DNA of 63,978 bases, filler included, from Dirinaria sp. TL-2023a (GCA_051941275.1; 3 parts of 3 records of this genome joined end to end with filler, not necessarily neighbours in it); one strand, 5' to 3'. Shown: positions 12,962 to 26,744, numbered from the whole stretch's first letter. Program-made: numbers and translations. The notes: generated by a model not told the origin, from the letters alone.

Positions 12962-15667
12962 TGTGACACCTGCGAAACAGGATTAGAATAGGCCTTTTGG
13001 CTGGTAAAGACAAGCCCAACCTCGAGTATGAGTTGCGTTCAGAATCACAGATTGAATCGCAAATTCCAGCAATTTAAGATATTCAAGAGGCATCCCTTAA
13101 TTGTACGCTGATAACAAAAATTTTGTTTCGTAGGCCTAGAGAACGGAAAGATGCTTATTGGCTGCAGTTGAAGATCACGAAGCCTCATCAACCTCGTATT
13201 GCATGCAGCTAACAGCCTAATCATCTGAGCCCGTGTGTCAATGTTAAGCATGCACCCGAAGGAGGGAATTTTCCTGAGGTGTCTCTATACTTAGCAGAAA
13301 ATGGCCGGCCCATCGTACGAGTCATTTCCTGCCGATTAGTGTAGGATCAAAGTAGCTATGTCAGGAGCTCAAGACGCACGTGCAGGTAAGGAAAGATGAT
13401 CACCTTCCAGGCTCATCGAGCATTTTCTTGAGAGCCTATAGAAAGTCTTTATATTTGTGAGTCGCTTCACAATTTCGCGGCTCCGGCATTTCTTTGTGGT
13501 TGACTGTAGTTCCCCAGACTCCAGCGCTATCAGACTACCCTCCGTACGTGCATGCGGTCGAGGCATAAACACTATGATCAAGTAGCAATGTGAGTGCCAC
13601 AAGCATAGAGAATACGCCGGCGCCCCATCGGCTCAGATCTGGAATTTCCTGCTATCGACTGATAACACCTGCAAAGCATAAGACACCAGGAAAAAAAAAC
13701 AGGTCATGGCCGTGCCTGCATCATTCTAACATCGGAACTATGTACAAGCAGCTAGCCAGACTCCGAGATACTGTACAATATTTCCTTGTAAGCATGCGCT
13801 TTCGCAAGCTCCCTATGATAGGGAATTTGCCAGTCAAGCTTTGCACTGAGGTCTGAGGGTCGAGAATGGTCGATTCACGGTCAAGCTGCAAGTACCCGGA
13901 ACGCAGTCTGCACCCCTAAAGCTAACACGCTGCACGGCACCGCAAAGCACCGACCTAAGTGCACAATTCTTCGGATTCATCATCCCTCCCTGTACACAAG
14001 GTTCAAATGCTTTGACGAGAACGACACCAGCAGCCATTGATAGATAATCCGACTGCAACAGCTTTTACAGCTGATTGTAAACCGAGAGATTGGAGGATAA
14101 GTACAGAGATTACCAACGGTGAGTCGTGCGTGTGCTTAGGCATGGAATCTTGCCACTAAATTACTCGGAATGCTTTCTTTGAAGTTAATCATTTGACGTA
14201 ACGCTTGGGTGCCTAATCTTCCCCTAAATACCTGTATCAATCTGCTCTTTAAGTTGGCTCCCGAAAGCTGCTTTGTTCGCCAGAGCCAACGCAAATGGTT
14301 GCTCGCGTGCCCGCTAATCGCTCAACAAGCAGCACTGTGACCAATTTCAAAAACGCTGTTCTCCGCGTCTTCAATGAAAACCAATCTGCTTGTGAATGGA
14401 TCTAGTAATGACAGTAAGGCAAGACTTTCTAACCTCTAGAACGCATTTCCTGGAACTGAGGCGAAGCACTCTTGGACGAGATAAGTTTATTGCCCGACTC
14501 CTGAACCGTGCGACATTGCTCCACCCAGACGCGACATCGAATGCGGTCTGTTTATAGCTTCAAGGTTATATATAATGCGAGAGACACGAAGCAAATGTGC
14601 TATCGTGCAAATTTCACTTCGCCAACAACAATTTCGTGTGACCGTCTCGCGGACATGCCATCATTGCATCATCGATGTCGAAAACGGAAGCGACAAATCA
14701 CATATATTACAATTGAAAGAGGACAGGTGGCAAAGCCAGCCAACTGTTGTACTCTTGCCGAATCCTACAAGCTACATTACCTCAACGACTTCGCACCATG
14801 CGCGCGCCAAGAAAATCTGAGGCTGAGGCGGCGCGGCGATCCATCTGCTACGAAGGATGAGGACACTTGGTGCAAGATGAGGCGCGCGATGGATGAAAAG
14901 AGGAAGCAATGATCTTCGTTGACGTATCTAAGTCGTTACTCGAAACACGGCTTGTTCAATTCACGGTCGTCGATTATCGTTCCAAATAAGCTTCCATCCC
15001 GAAGATTGGGGGCATGTTGAAATTGTTGCTCCTTTCAGTTCTTCGACCACCACCAGAAGCAATCTATCTCCAGCCTATTTCACAACAGCATAGCTTTTGT
15101 GTCACCAGCCATAACCGTCGTCTAATGTTCATTTTTCATTTGGTTTTTGCTCCCGTTCGACGAGAACTGAAACCTATCGGAGAAAAATCCAAAATCGGAT
15201 TATACACGGTATACCATATAGAGCAGTGCTTGATTGGATCGGTTGAAGGTCTGAGCCGCAACGAAATGGTCAAGATAAGGCGTTTTTTGCCTTGCGATGA
15301 CCCTACGTGCGCTTTCGGGTTGCGAAACGAAGCTTCAACCCCCTTGAGATCCAACATTCGCCAGGGCGGCTGTGCCTTCTATTTGGCACGCAGCATTCAA
15401 ATCCTTTACATTGCCTGCATGCCGACTATGTTTTCGAACCATCGCCATGTTTCGTAGCTCTATTCTCCTCGAGGCGTCCCAGTCTTTTGTGAACGTGCTT
15501 TTTTCTCCCCTCTCTTTAGGTTTTTTCGTTTTGTTCTCGTATCATCTTGAGCGCATCTGCTGGTCAGATCTCTTGAGAAAAAGTCAAAATCTGACAGGGA
15601 TACCGGTATCCATAATCTTAGTTCAAATTGTGTCTGCAGGTCAGACTGATTCTCTTTCCGTCTAACC

Positions 15668-17027
15668 ATGAGACACTATTTGCTTTCAGCGTTAATCATC
15701 GGAAGCATCGCATGGCATGCAATAGCCCTTCCACAGAGCCCAAGTGCGGCGCCCTCCTCTAATCCAACTGCGCTTCCGGCCTCTTCTGGGACATACTCTG
15801 CGCAGGCTGCGACCGGTACGGCAGATGTAGAGGAGACCGACAGGCAGGAGAACAAGAAGATTTGCGTCAGCTACTGGCCTGAGAAAGGCGATCCCCTCGA
15901 TGAGCACAATCCAGATGGCGTGGTGCAGCAGTGCATGGGGATCTGTGGCAATATGACACAGAAAACGCTTGCGGACGGCGGGATACATTCTGTCTCATGC
16001 ATTTCTCATGAGGGATGGCAGCCAGCGGACGGTATGTACAGTACCATTTGCCAAGTTTTTTCTTGGGGGAGCCCTCTTGGGAAAATGTCCTATGCTCCAT
16101 GTCAAATGCTAACGGCATCCCTGCAAACAAGGAGGCAAACCCTATCCCCCGGATTATATCCCAGGCCCAGGCGATCCTCCAGCGGTCCAGGGCGGGAATT
16201 GCACATGCGACAACAGCTTCATCGATGAGCTGGCAAACGACTTTCTGGAGGCGTTGCCGATCATTGCAAATGTATGTTTCAATCCACCTAATGCCACCCG
16301 ACAGCGACACACAACTGAACTCAAATTAGATTGGCTGCGAGATTATCATGAATGCCGTCGGCCTAGTCGCTCAAGTTGGAGCATTGGCCATTCCAGGAGT
16401 TGGAGAGGCAATAGACGGTGGGATGGGTATGTCAAAACTCCCAGCAGGACCCCCACACAACATAGTAAACACCTCAAGGCGACGCAACTGCTGACTTCCT
16501 CACCAGTTGCATCTATCCAAGCTGCCAAACTCGCCGACTACTCCTACGACGCAAGCCAAGACGCACTGGGTGCCTTCCAGAACTGGCTCAACCCCTGCGG
16601 CCCTTCCAAACTCCCCGACGGCGTGCAGAAAGCCTTCGACATCATGAGCGGGATCGCCCCGAACCGGCTCCCGAAAGGCTTCACCCCGCCCAAGGGCCTA
16701 CCGAAGGGCGGCGGGAAACCGGGAGACAAGGGGGACCCGGACCCGAAAAAATCCGCGCCGGCGTCTCCGTCCATCAAGCCGTCGAAATCGGTGCTGCCGG
16801 CTGCTGCTTCGTCAAGAAGACCATCCAAACCTGCCTCGCTGTCCCATGGATCCACGCCCGCTGCTAAGCCTACCACGAAACCGAAGAAGAAGCCAAAGAC
16901 TAGGACTGCGCCTACGGGTACGGCTTCCGGTACGGCTTCGTATGGTCCTGTGCCTTCTAATGGCACTACTCCGGCGCGGTATCGATTGTCGAGAGACATC
17001 AAACCTAAAGAAAGCGCGGTGGTCTGA
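15668..17027 (+). CDS. Secreted Cys-containing protein of unknown function with Pro/Lys/Thr-rich tail, 4 exons
   Basis: Signal peptide MRHYLLSALIIGSIAWHAIA. Three GTATGT..AG introns join into ...GGNCTCDNSFIDELANDFLEALPIIAN/IGCEIIMNAVGLVAQVGALAIPGVGEAIDGG/VASIQAAK... Confidence 0.7.
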
Positions 17028-20000
17028 TGGAGTCGGAACGTTATAATACTGCAGTGTATGTCTGTTTAGGTTTGGATTGTTGCCTGTGCAATGTAATCAC
17101 GATAATCAGATTTTATAGTCACAAGCGGGCGCAACTTCTTGTAAGAATGAATGGGATGTATCACGAGCGAGAAATTGGATATGATACCCCCATACACGGC
17201 TTTTCACATGATTACTCAACACGCTTATAAAAAATCAGTCAATAGCCGTGTCTAAAAGGACCACGCTTGATAGTAGAATACGTTATGATTGACAGTGCGT
17301 TGTATTCTATTCAGAGAATGTTGGAACTTGAATAGAGTCCGGAGTACTGACTCATATCATATTATTTTGCGAAGGAAATAATTTTGATCCGAGTAGAATG
17401 CACAGACTGAATGGGGCGATTACCGGAATCGATGCAATTATTGAAGCCGATTCGCACCGTTGCCAACCCGATGAGCCAATCGTGGGTGTTTCAAGGGTAT
17501 TCTCACAAAAACAACTTTTATAATCAAATAAGAGACGGAAGGTGGAAAAATCTCGATCCATGACTTTCGCTAAAGAGGGAGCGTAGCCCTCACTACTCCA
17601 ATAGGAATGGAGACCTGAACGTTGTATCAGGATTGAAGAGACGCTGACCGTTTCTTCTTCGGATCAAGCGCCTGACATGCTACTTCTTGTGTCGAATGCA
17701 GAGCCAGAGACGTAGGACTTGCCAACACATAGTTGTTGATGGGAACATTTTGAATGTGCTCGTACTCAGAGTGTCACTCTCTGTCAGATAAGTCCGCCAT
17801 TAGGTTTGCTAGCGACCGCTGTTCTTAAGTAGAGGGAGTCTATACCCCGCAGTTCTAAGAGGCAAAATCTCTTAGACATCTTCGCAGTATAATGTATACC
17901 CACGTCCTAGCTCTTGTCATGGGGCCATATGCCAGCACTTCCCGTGGTACGCCTGACGCCATTTCGATGCGGCATCGTGGCTCGAGTTCCCATCCAACAG
18001 ATAAAATATATGCAGAGGCGCATGTGTCGCCAAACTCTCCTCTTCTGAGAACAGATATCGCGAGGATTCGAAAGATGGTAGAGGGCGATCAAGGCAATCC
18101 TAACTCTTTGCGGCGCTGCACCTAACGAGCAGTCAGCGACATATAACATAAACGATTTTCAGATACCTTATATGTTTTCGCACTCAACAACGCGCTATAC
18201 TCGGCGTCTAAGGCTATCCTTCCTCCTCCACACTGCGCGCGAACTCGATCTAACGAGTCTGACATGGTGATGCTCCCCGCTTGGTATATCCATCAGCCAG
18301 GAAAGAGAGCCTTCCTCTCACACCGAGATTTGTTGAGGGTTCAACGACATCTTCGAATGTACTGCGCTTGATCCTCTGCTTGAACTCAGGCTATGTCTTT
18401 TGACTTCAGAGAGATCTCTTCGGTTCACGCTTGCGGTCGCGAGCACAGTCGTATGTTTTTACCCTTTAGTCGAGGCTTAACCTCATTTCAACCCTAGAAC
18501 TCTCGACCCCGTCGACCTCAATAAATCTATGCAGACTGGGAAAAGATATTCAAAAGCTACTTCAAGAATCTTACCCATCCGTTCTTAGAAATCAAATCAA
18601 TGATTGCTCTGTCTAGTGACCATAGGTTCTAAATATTTTGGGCCTCCCTTACCCCCCATCCTCCTTGCTCTTCGGCAACCCCGAGCTCCCAGCCAACCTC
18701 TACGACACACCCCCAACTTTACCGCTGCAGCCATTGTCGATTTGAAGCTTCTCAATCTCGGGCAAAGAGTCACCTCCAGAAAAATTTTGATTTCATTTTT
18801 CAAGTTGACTTCATCTGTCTCTCTCACGGAGTTACGAAGACGCACAGCTAGACTTAATGCCTCGGTTCCTCGAAAATCGTGCTCAGCACGCCGAAAGCAT
18901 CATCTCTGCTGCCACCTACCTCTTTAACAGTAAGGAGGTTGACGCAAGCAAGCTCGATGTCCTAGCGCGTCAGAGGCCCACACGGCCCAGACTCCTTGCA
19001 AAGCTCAGACTGACTTACGCAAGGAGGCTTGCGTAATCTCTGCAGCCATCTGCGTCGACACCGTGGCAAGATGAGGGTTTGACAAAGGTTCACCGCATAT
19101 GAACGTCTTAAAGACGCAGCTCGAAGCTGCTGCTGTAAGGACCGAGCGAGCGATACTAGTATTAGCAGAGAACAGGTGCATTGATGTCTGCTTGCTGTCT
19201 GAGCGACTAGAAGACGCACCTGCAGACCTTCCCGAGCCATTCCGACATCGTGCGTCATATCACCGTACGTCGAGAGCAGACCACATTAAGTTCGTGTATG
19301 TCGAGGATTTGGGACATGATGGCTAAATTTGTCCCATTTGTACAGAGTGACATGATTAGTCCACGGCCGCTGTTGATCATTACTCGGACCAATGCAGCAA
19401 CGAAATGGTCTAGTGAGAATGACTCAGCACAGGCGGATGAACCGAAAGAGTTGCTAATCATCTAATGTTTGAGGCATGCAGATTCTTAAGTTTTTGTTGA
19501 CGAAGCCGGGTCAAAGCTTGTGGACTACTTTGCAAATAGATTGACCTAAACCACCCCATAGCGATTTCAGAACTTTTTTTACTCATGTCTTGGTTCATGG
19601 GACCTATCTGCAGCGTGTTCTGTAATTGTTGCGTATTCGAAATTTCTTGAAATTTCTCGCCTTACTATGTGGTGAATGAATTCGAGTCCTCACTTTCTTA
19701 GAGTGGCTGAGACCCAGACACCCAGAAATCGTAAACTTCAAAGCAGGGTTTGGTCGTTAGTATTCAGATTGAAGAAGCGCGCGTCACCGCTTCCCAGCAG
19801 CCGTTCAAGGGAACAGAAAGACTCTGATCGGAGAGCGTGTCGATTTCCACCGAGTCCGAATTCTCTCAAGTTTTCGTCACACCGCATTGAAAGATGATCG
19901 GACCTCAACAGTCACGAGTTCCAAATTTGGAAGGTCCGAGTGCGTTGTCTTACCAGGACTTGGGGTCAATTTCTATGAGTATGAATCCCAAAAAACAAAA

Positions 20001-20501
20001 AATGAAATAAAAAAATTACAACACCAGGCACCAGGCACATGAAATACCAATGCTGTGGACTGGGCTGAAGCGTGATGACGAGCATCGCAGCTAGGCCACC
20101 TGCAACATCCAAATATATTCGACGGAATGATGACACAAGCTCTGATCAATGCAACACTATTCTTCGATTGGGAACTGAATGGTTGCTAATCCACTTTGGA
20201 GTCGGAAAGAATAGCACAAGTCAAATGACCAGCTCGTATTCATCAAGCTCCTGGCTATGCTCGATCTCGGGTTTCCTTCTGCCGTTAAGTTCCACATGCA
20301 TACCATGACGCGGTCGCGACGATCCCTGTGCGACGCTGCGGTTCATTGACGTCGTCGTGGTCTTGCTCAGTAGAAGCCGCAAATAACTATTTAACAAGTC
20401 CTTATTGTGTCGCTCTCACCTTCTCCATACGACGCTAGTCTATCTTGGCAGGAGACATCTTCCCTAATATCAGTACTCTAATTCTCTACAAGAAAGCCAA
20501 T

Positions 20502-20969
20502 ATGGTATTTCCATCTAACCTTCGTCGTTCATCCCATCTTAACACCGTCCATCCACGCTTACCTTTCGCAGCACTTCTCGCAAAACATCCTCTTGTTCCT
20601 CCTCGCAGCCCCACTCCCAGCCCTTAGTGTAGTTACTGTCCGCCCTCTCATCGGAACTCCAGGTTCGCCAACAGGCTGCTCCGCGGGCAGTGGAGCGCTG
20701 TATAAACCCTTTAACGTGACCAAAACCTGCACCGACGCGCCTGGTGCCGGGCTTACAGTTTTCAATATCACTTTCTCCGACCTGAAAGAGACACTGCAAT
20801 CTTACGCCGATACCCGGTGCCGCGAGCCGGTGGAGAAATGTAAGTCTGATTCCTCAGACTATGTTGAGCGATTGATAGCTGAGACAAAGGCGTAGTTTCT
20901 GGCGAGGATTTTGGTGCTGGCGGGTGTATTGCGGTTCCTAACGAGCTGAGAGCGTTCAAAGTCACTTAG
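20502..20969 (+). CDS. Small secreted protein (~114 aa, 4 Cys), effector-like
   Basis: Exon 1 is the ATG alone (20502-20504), then intron 20505-20571, exon 20572-20839, intron 20840-20895 and exon 20896-20969. This gives the signal peptide MHFSQNILLFLLAAPLPALS and ends GGCIAVPNELRAFKVT*. Confidence 0.7.
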
Positions 20970-21930
20970 AAAGATACTTTGTTGATGGTAAATTAAAACA
21001 GTACGATGGATCATGTGGGTTGCGACGATGCTTTCGATCGATAATTCAACATTGGTCCTCGAACGTCACGTCTGTAGTAGTGGAGGGGAAAGTTGAGTAG
21101 GAGTCGCTGGTGCACTGGACCACCTTACGACAAAGCTCTCTCTAAGTCACTGGAGGAAAGGATGCAATATTAAGGATACGACTTGCTGCGACCCAATCTA
21201 GTCCCTAGGCGTATAATGCAGAATATGTGTTTCGTTTTACGTGAGCAAGAATTGCCACGCACTTTGGACCTGATCATTGGAAAGCTCATTCTATCGCAAG
21301 CAGTCTATCTATTTCCAGGGACGCTAACGCAGAATGCTTCGTTACCTCCCAGTCCCTTGCAAAACCTGAGGCAGCGCTACCCCGGTATATCCAGATATAA
21401 TCTCTCCTATGCCCACCATCCCCCCCATTTCCTATCGCCAATCCAGAAAATCGTCTCGTAACGATACTCCACAGATTCACCGAGATGTATATAAACCCAT
21501 GTGGCCTCCACACTCAAGATTCGCCACATCAGATGCTGGTCGGGGATCGACAATATATTCATGAAGCATTCCTGGCTCATATCGAACACGACGAGTCCAC
21601 ACGTTGCGTGAGCTGACAGTCCAGCTAGCTGATCAGTGATGAAATTGTGCACTGGGTGCTCCTCAAAGTCTTATGATTACTAATACTTGGTTTTGTACAT
21701 ATACATGACAAAGGCTGTCTAGCTACGAAAAAGGCCAACCGTCTCATAATCGTCAGTTAACTTAGGGCCTAGAGAACTCGCAGTAAGCTTGAGCATGCTT
21801 TTGCCAGTTCGTAGATGAGGCAATCTGGTCATACTCGATCCAGTCCCAGCGAAGATGAAGATTAAAATAGTTATTCGCGCTTTCCCCAAACCGACGCTCC
21901 CAATCCGCAGAGCCTTCGCAATACCGAATA

Positions 21931-22349
21931 TCACTGCCGCCTGCTCACAGGAACCATCTCCTCCCCATCCTCCTCATCATCATCATCCACCGTCCCCCGC
22001 ACCGAAAACCAATTCGTGTGTTTCCTCCCTTTCTTCGACGACTGCGCGCCCTCACTATCGGTATGCTCGAGTGTATGCCTTACCGTTTCCCTCGCCATCT
22101 TACTCCCCCCCTTCGCCCCACTCCCAAACGAAGCATATTTGTCTTCCTCATCCGACAATTTGTAGGACGGAGATCGCTGTTTCCGCCGCGAGGAGAAGAG
22201 CCCGAAACTGCCCGTCGAGCGCGAGATGGCGCTGCGCAGGGACGGGGGGAATGTGGCGAGGATCACGGGCCGGAGGAGGGGCAGGTTGGCGCATACGATG
22301 CCGATGTTGCATTCGACGTTGATCCAGATCGCGGCGCGGACGATGTTCC
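21931..22349 (-). CDS. Last exon of a second PTH11-like/rhodopsin-domain protein; 5' part lost at contig end
   Basis: NIVRAAIWINVECNIGIVCANLPLLRPV (TM7 motif), preceded by a CTAAC...CAG acceptor. The acceptor leaves GG, consistent with the same split-Trp intron position as in the gene at 337-1951. Confidence 0.8.
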
Positions 22350-22372
22350 CTGGGAGAGAGGGGGTTAGGAGG

Positions 22373-22472
22373 NNNNNNNNNNNNNNNNNNNNNNNNNNNN
22401 NNNNNNNNNNNNNNNNTTAATTAATTAANNNNNNNNNNNNNNNNNNNNNNNNNNNNNNNNNNNNNNNNNNNN
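22373..22472. other. Artificial contig-joining spacer (N44-TTAATTAATTAA-N44)
   Basis: Exactly 100 nt; the central 12-mer puts stop codons in all six frames; identical to the second spacer. Confidence 0.97.
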
Positions 22473-22527
22473 CACCCACATCCTCTCTCTCCCCCCGCCC
22501 GGCCGTTCAAATCCCTCTCTATGCGTG

Positions 22528-24597
22528 CTAAAAATCAAACTCGCCTCTAAACGCCTCGACATCCATGCCGGGGAGCACGCGCTCGACGAGGTCCTTGCGG
22601 CCCATATTGCCAAACACCCTCCTCAGGGTCTCGAGCAGATTACTGCTCTCGTTCGCGCCGGCGGCGGTGCTCACGAGGCGGGCCAGTTCTTCGTCATCAT
22701 AATAATCCCGTGACGACGAGTCTCTATTACTGATCAGATCGCGGACCTGGTCGGCGCCGACCTGGGTCACGACGCGGTGCATGGCCATGGCGCCCAGCAG
22801 GTGTCCCGCGGCCTCGGGCCAGAGGTTCATGTTGATGCAGCTGACGCCGAGGTTGTACCGGGCACGGACGAAGTTGGGTTTGAGCTCGAGGGCGCGGTAG
22901 TAGGCGTCGGTGGCCTCCTCGCTGCGGCCGCTGTTGGCCAGGGTGGCGCCGAGCCGGTTCCAGAGCAGGTGCTGCTCCGAGCGCCGGTTGCTGACGCCTT
23001 GCTCCGACGACGCGAGCGCCGCGTTGAAGCAGTCCACCGCTTTGCCGTACTCTTCCTGCCCGTAGAACAGCACCCCGAGCCCGACTTGCACGTCGGGATC
23101 CATCTGCGTCCCCGAGGGCGACAGCTGGGCCGCGCGGATGAAGAGCGAGGTTACCCGCTCGTGCAGCTGTTCTCGGTCCGTGAAGCCTAGGTCGCTGATG
23201 TCGGCGTCTTGGTTGTGGAGGGAGTCGGGTGAGATGATGGCGGGGTATTTGGTCGCGAGCCAGCGTTCGAGTGTGCGGTAGGCGCTGCTGTCCCAGCCGT
23301 CGTTGGTGTAGGAGATTGCGAGCCCCATGAGCGCTTCGAGGTTTTCCGGGTCGAGCTTCAGGGCTTGTTCCAGGGCGCGGATGGCCGGGGTTTCTTTCTC
23401 GTTTTGGGCCTGCACGCTCCCCAGCGCGACCCAGGCGTCGGTGTGGTTTGGGTTTTGCTGCACGGCTGCTTCGAAGGCGAGCGCGGCGAGGGAGAGGTTG
23501 CCGCCTTCGAGAATGATTTGTTGGCCTAGTTCGTATGCGTTGGGCTTGGTGTCGAAGATGTTGTCCTGCTCGAACATGTAGTTCCCCAACTGCGGATCGT
23601 TAAAGGGGCGTGCGAATTGTTGGTCGAATGAGGACCAGGTGTCAAAGTCGGGACCGAGAGGTAAGGTATCGGAGAGGTGCATGCGGTCCTCGTCGAGCAT
23701 GGATCTGGATGCGGAAGTTTCAGCTTGGATGCCGCGCCAGATGGACTCGAAGTCCCCGTATTCATTGGTCTCCGAGAGGACTGACCTATCTATGCCATCC
23801 AGTTGCTCTTCTATTGCGGCATTGGCTTCGGCATCCAAATCATCTTGCGCCTGTTCGGCCGTGTCCATCTGCGCGAACTCTTGCTCCCAATCTTGATCAT
23901 CAAGCTCGACCATACGCTCTTTGCCTTTCGATGCTGTCGCAGTTGCTTCTGAGGATCTATATTGTAGAGGCATTGGCCGATATGCAGAATAGCCCGCCCC
24001 AGGGCCCCCAAAGTCCATTCCCATAGGTCTTTGATAGCTTGGCATGACTCGTGATGGAGGGGGCGAAGTGCATGTCCTTGACTGCGCGTTTCTCGCCGAC
24101 TGCTGAAATCGCTGGAATTCCCCCGGACTGAAGCCTGCAGAAGCCAAATCTGATGACGAAGGTCTTTGAAAAGCTGCTTCCATGTTTGCCTGTTCTTGCG
24201 CATTTATTTGGGGTCCCCACACAGGTGAGTTTGTCTGAGGCGATTTCGTTCTGTAGCCGTCAAGATCTTGCCGCAACTGATCCATGGCGAAAGCATGCGC
24301 AGGTCGTTCGGGTAGGGGGCCATTTTGCAGGAAATCTTGTAAGGCCTATTGATGTTTAGAGCTCGTTTTTACAAGAAGAGAAGGTGCACGGTTTTGGGAG
24401 TTGGTAGTACCGAGCTTCATGCTCACCTCATATTGCGATGGCCCTCCTCTCTGTGATCTGAAGCTTTCTTGTATTCCACCTGGCCCAGACCCTACCACCC
24501 TATCTCGCTGCAAGGACTTATCATCGTGGACATGCTTGGTGAACTGCGATAGAGGATTGCTCCCTGTCGAACATTCTGGGCCACTGAGGAAGGACAT
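22528..24597 (-). CDS. PEX5: Peroxisomal targeting signal 1 receptor (peroxin-5)
   Basis: N-terminus MSFLSGPECSTGSNPLSQF with the conserved Cys, WEQEF (WxxxF) motif, and TPR repeats (LWNRLGATLANSGRSEEA, PNFVRARYNLGVSC). One intron near 24350-24427. Confidence 0.95.
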
Positions 24598-25072
24598 GTT
24601 GAGGTGCGCGAGCCGGACTTCTGGGCAGCCCTATTTCGAGGAACAATCTAACACAAATAGTGGTAACAGTAAAAAGGCAAGTGAAAAGGGTGCATGATCA
24701 GTACCTGAGTACAGTATCTTGAGTACAGACCGACTTGCTTTGTGCTTAACCGAGGTTCCCATATTCCAAATCGTCATTTTGCAGCTACAACACGTGACCA
24801 TCACTCCGGGTTCATATGCTTGGTCTTGAAAGGAATTCATCCTTCATACCGGAGATGATCAGATCAGATACGAATGAGATGAGATGTATGCTACCTGTGT
24901 TGCAGGCCATGTTACTATGTATTGTACAGCACAAACTCACCAGATCACACCGCAAACCCAGCTTAGTGAATTACACAGGGTCAAGAGACTTGCAAGCTCC
25001 AACTCAAAATCCGCTCTAATTTTCTCGTCCTCCACCCCACTACCTGCCTTGATTATAACAATAATACTGAAC

Positions 25073-26180
25073 TCAAGCTGCTTGATCTTTGCTGTCTCTA
25101 TTGCTGGCGCTGAAGTCAACTCTTAGATTCCTGCCGTTGACTACCTTGTTGGTCAATTCTGCCTTGGCTTTCTCGGCACTTGGAATGTCCACGAAATCCG
25201 CATGAGCAAACCCTCTCGGCTGACCCGTTCTCCGATCAATGGCCACTCGGACATCAGTGATATTCTTGATTTCGCGGAACAGATCATTGAGATCTTTGTC
25301 GGACATATCATACGACATGTTCCCAATGAAGAGGGTCCGAGCAGGCTCTTGTGTACCTCGTGGGGGGCGGTTTATAGCCTGCCTCCTTTTCAGGACGGGA
25401 TGTTGGACAGCCAGGCGACGACCCTCGAATGGCTGCATGTCGAGCATGACAATGGCCTTGTCTGCCTCTTCCTCACTCGCATATTCCACGTAGGCAAACC
25501 TGGATAACACACATCAGCAACATAGAAGATAAGTATGGAAAGACAACGTATACCCTTTGCTCAGACCTCTTGCATCACGTATGATCTTCACACTCTCTAC
25601 CTGGCCAGCTTTGGAAAACTCCTGTTCCAGAGCGGCCTCCTTAACGTCGAAGAAGATGTTGCCAACATAGACGGTCTTTTTGTTCCTTCCCATAGACTCA
25701 GGAGAACCTTCTTGCGGTACAGAGGAGGAGCCCGTCAATTGTGATGCAGCGCCGCTCGCCGCCGCCGCAACTCCGCTGGCGGCCTGAGCAGCCCTGTATG
25801 TTACACTGTCGGCAGTGGACTTGACAGCCTCCGTGACGGTGGCGCTGTCATCTTGATCGCTCGACTCAATAGCATCAACCTCAGACGCAGGCGCTCCGGA
25901 GGATTTGGCAATTGCGTTGTCTCCGTGCTGTGCTTCGGATTCCCGGTCAGCTGAGGGCTCGGATTGCGTTAGATCTTCGCTCGCCCATCTCCTCTGTAAT
26001 GGTGACAGTACGGTCCGAGTAGCATTCAGACGCGGATTCGATCTGATTAGAGTGGTGATTGGCCGCGATCGAGCAGGGACCGACAGAGGAGGCAAGCAAA
26101 GAACGCGAAGACCGGCCCTGCGAAGGCAAATCCTGTCCATTGCGTTAGCAAATGAATAGGGAGACAAGATGTACTTACAT
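25073..26180 (-). CDS. Two-RRM RNA-binding protein with Arg-rich mitochondrial-type presequence
   Basis: RNP motifs VYVGNI / SKG-FAYVEY and LFIGNM / RGFAHADF. The start is either AT|G split by intron 26178-26133 or the ATG at 26140. Confidence 0.85.
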
Positions 26181-26744
26181 AGCCGCAATCAAATTGTGCT
26201 TCCAAGGTTAACAAGAAACACGCCGTGAAAAAAAGCTGTTCAAACAAGGTAGATAGGGGTGACCTTGAAGATGATGGCAATGGAAGGTTTCATTGAAATT
26301 TCCAAACTTCCTTAGCGCATTGATGAACATTCTACCGTCCCTGCTACCTCTAGCCTAAACAGGAAACGCTAGCGGCGAGGCTGCTTGGCACTTTCAGCTA
26401 CAATACCCTTATCAGACCCTAAGATACTCACATATCACACATGCTCCACATGATACACTGCCTTCTCTCGTACAGACTGCGGTAGATCAGCTAAGGAAGT
26501 AGAGCGAGCATGCTTTATTCTTTCAATTTGATCGATATCCACTATCAGCGTTTATTGAAACATTAGATATACCACTACATTATATCAGTATGTTTATCGT
26601 GACCAAATCACGCTGGCTCTGTATGCCTTCACTACATACAAGTTTCCAAGCATTTACAAGTGACGGGCCAATTCTGAGGTTGACACACGTAGTAGTCATG
26701 TAGGTTCCACAGTTTCTACTGACCATCTCCTTACCCTATGACTC

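Noticed and set aside
18500..19465. Short protein-like ORFs suggesting a pseudogene or transposon relic
   Set aside because: No consistent frame, terminal repeats or recognisable domain.
22417..22428. TTAATTAATTAA palindrome within N runs (also 44872-44883)
   Set aside because: Artificial six-frame-stop linker, not a biological element.
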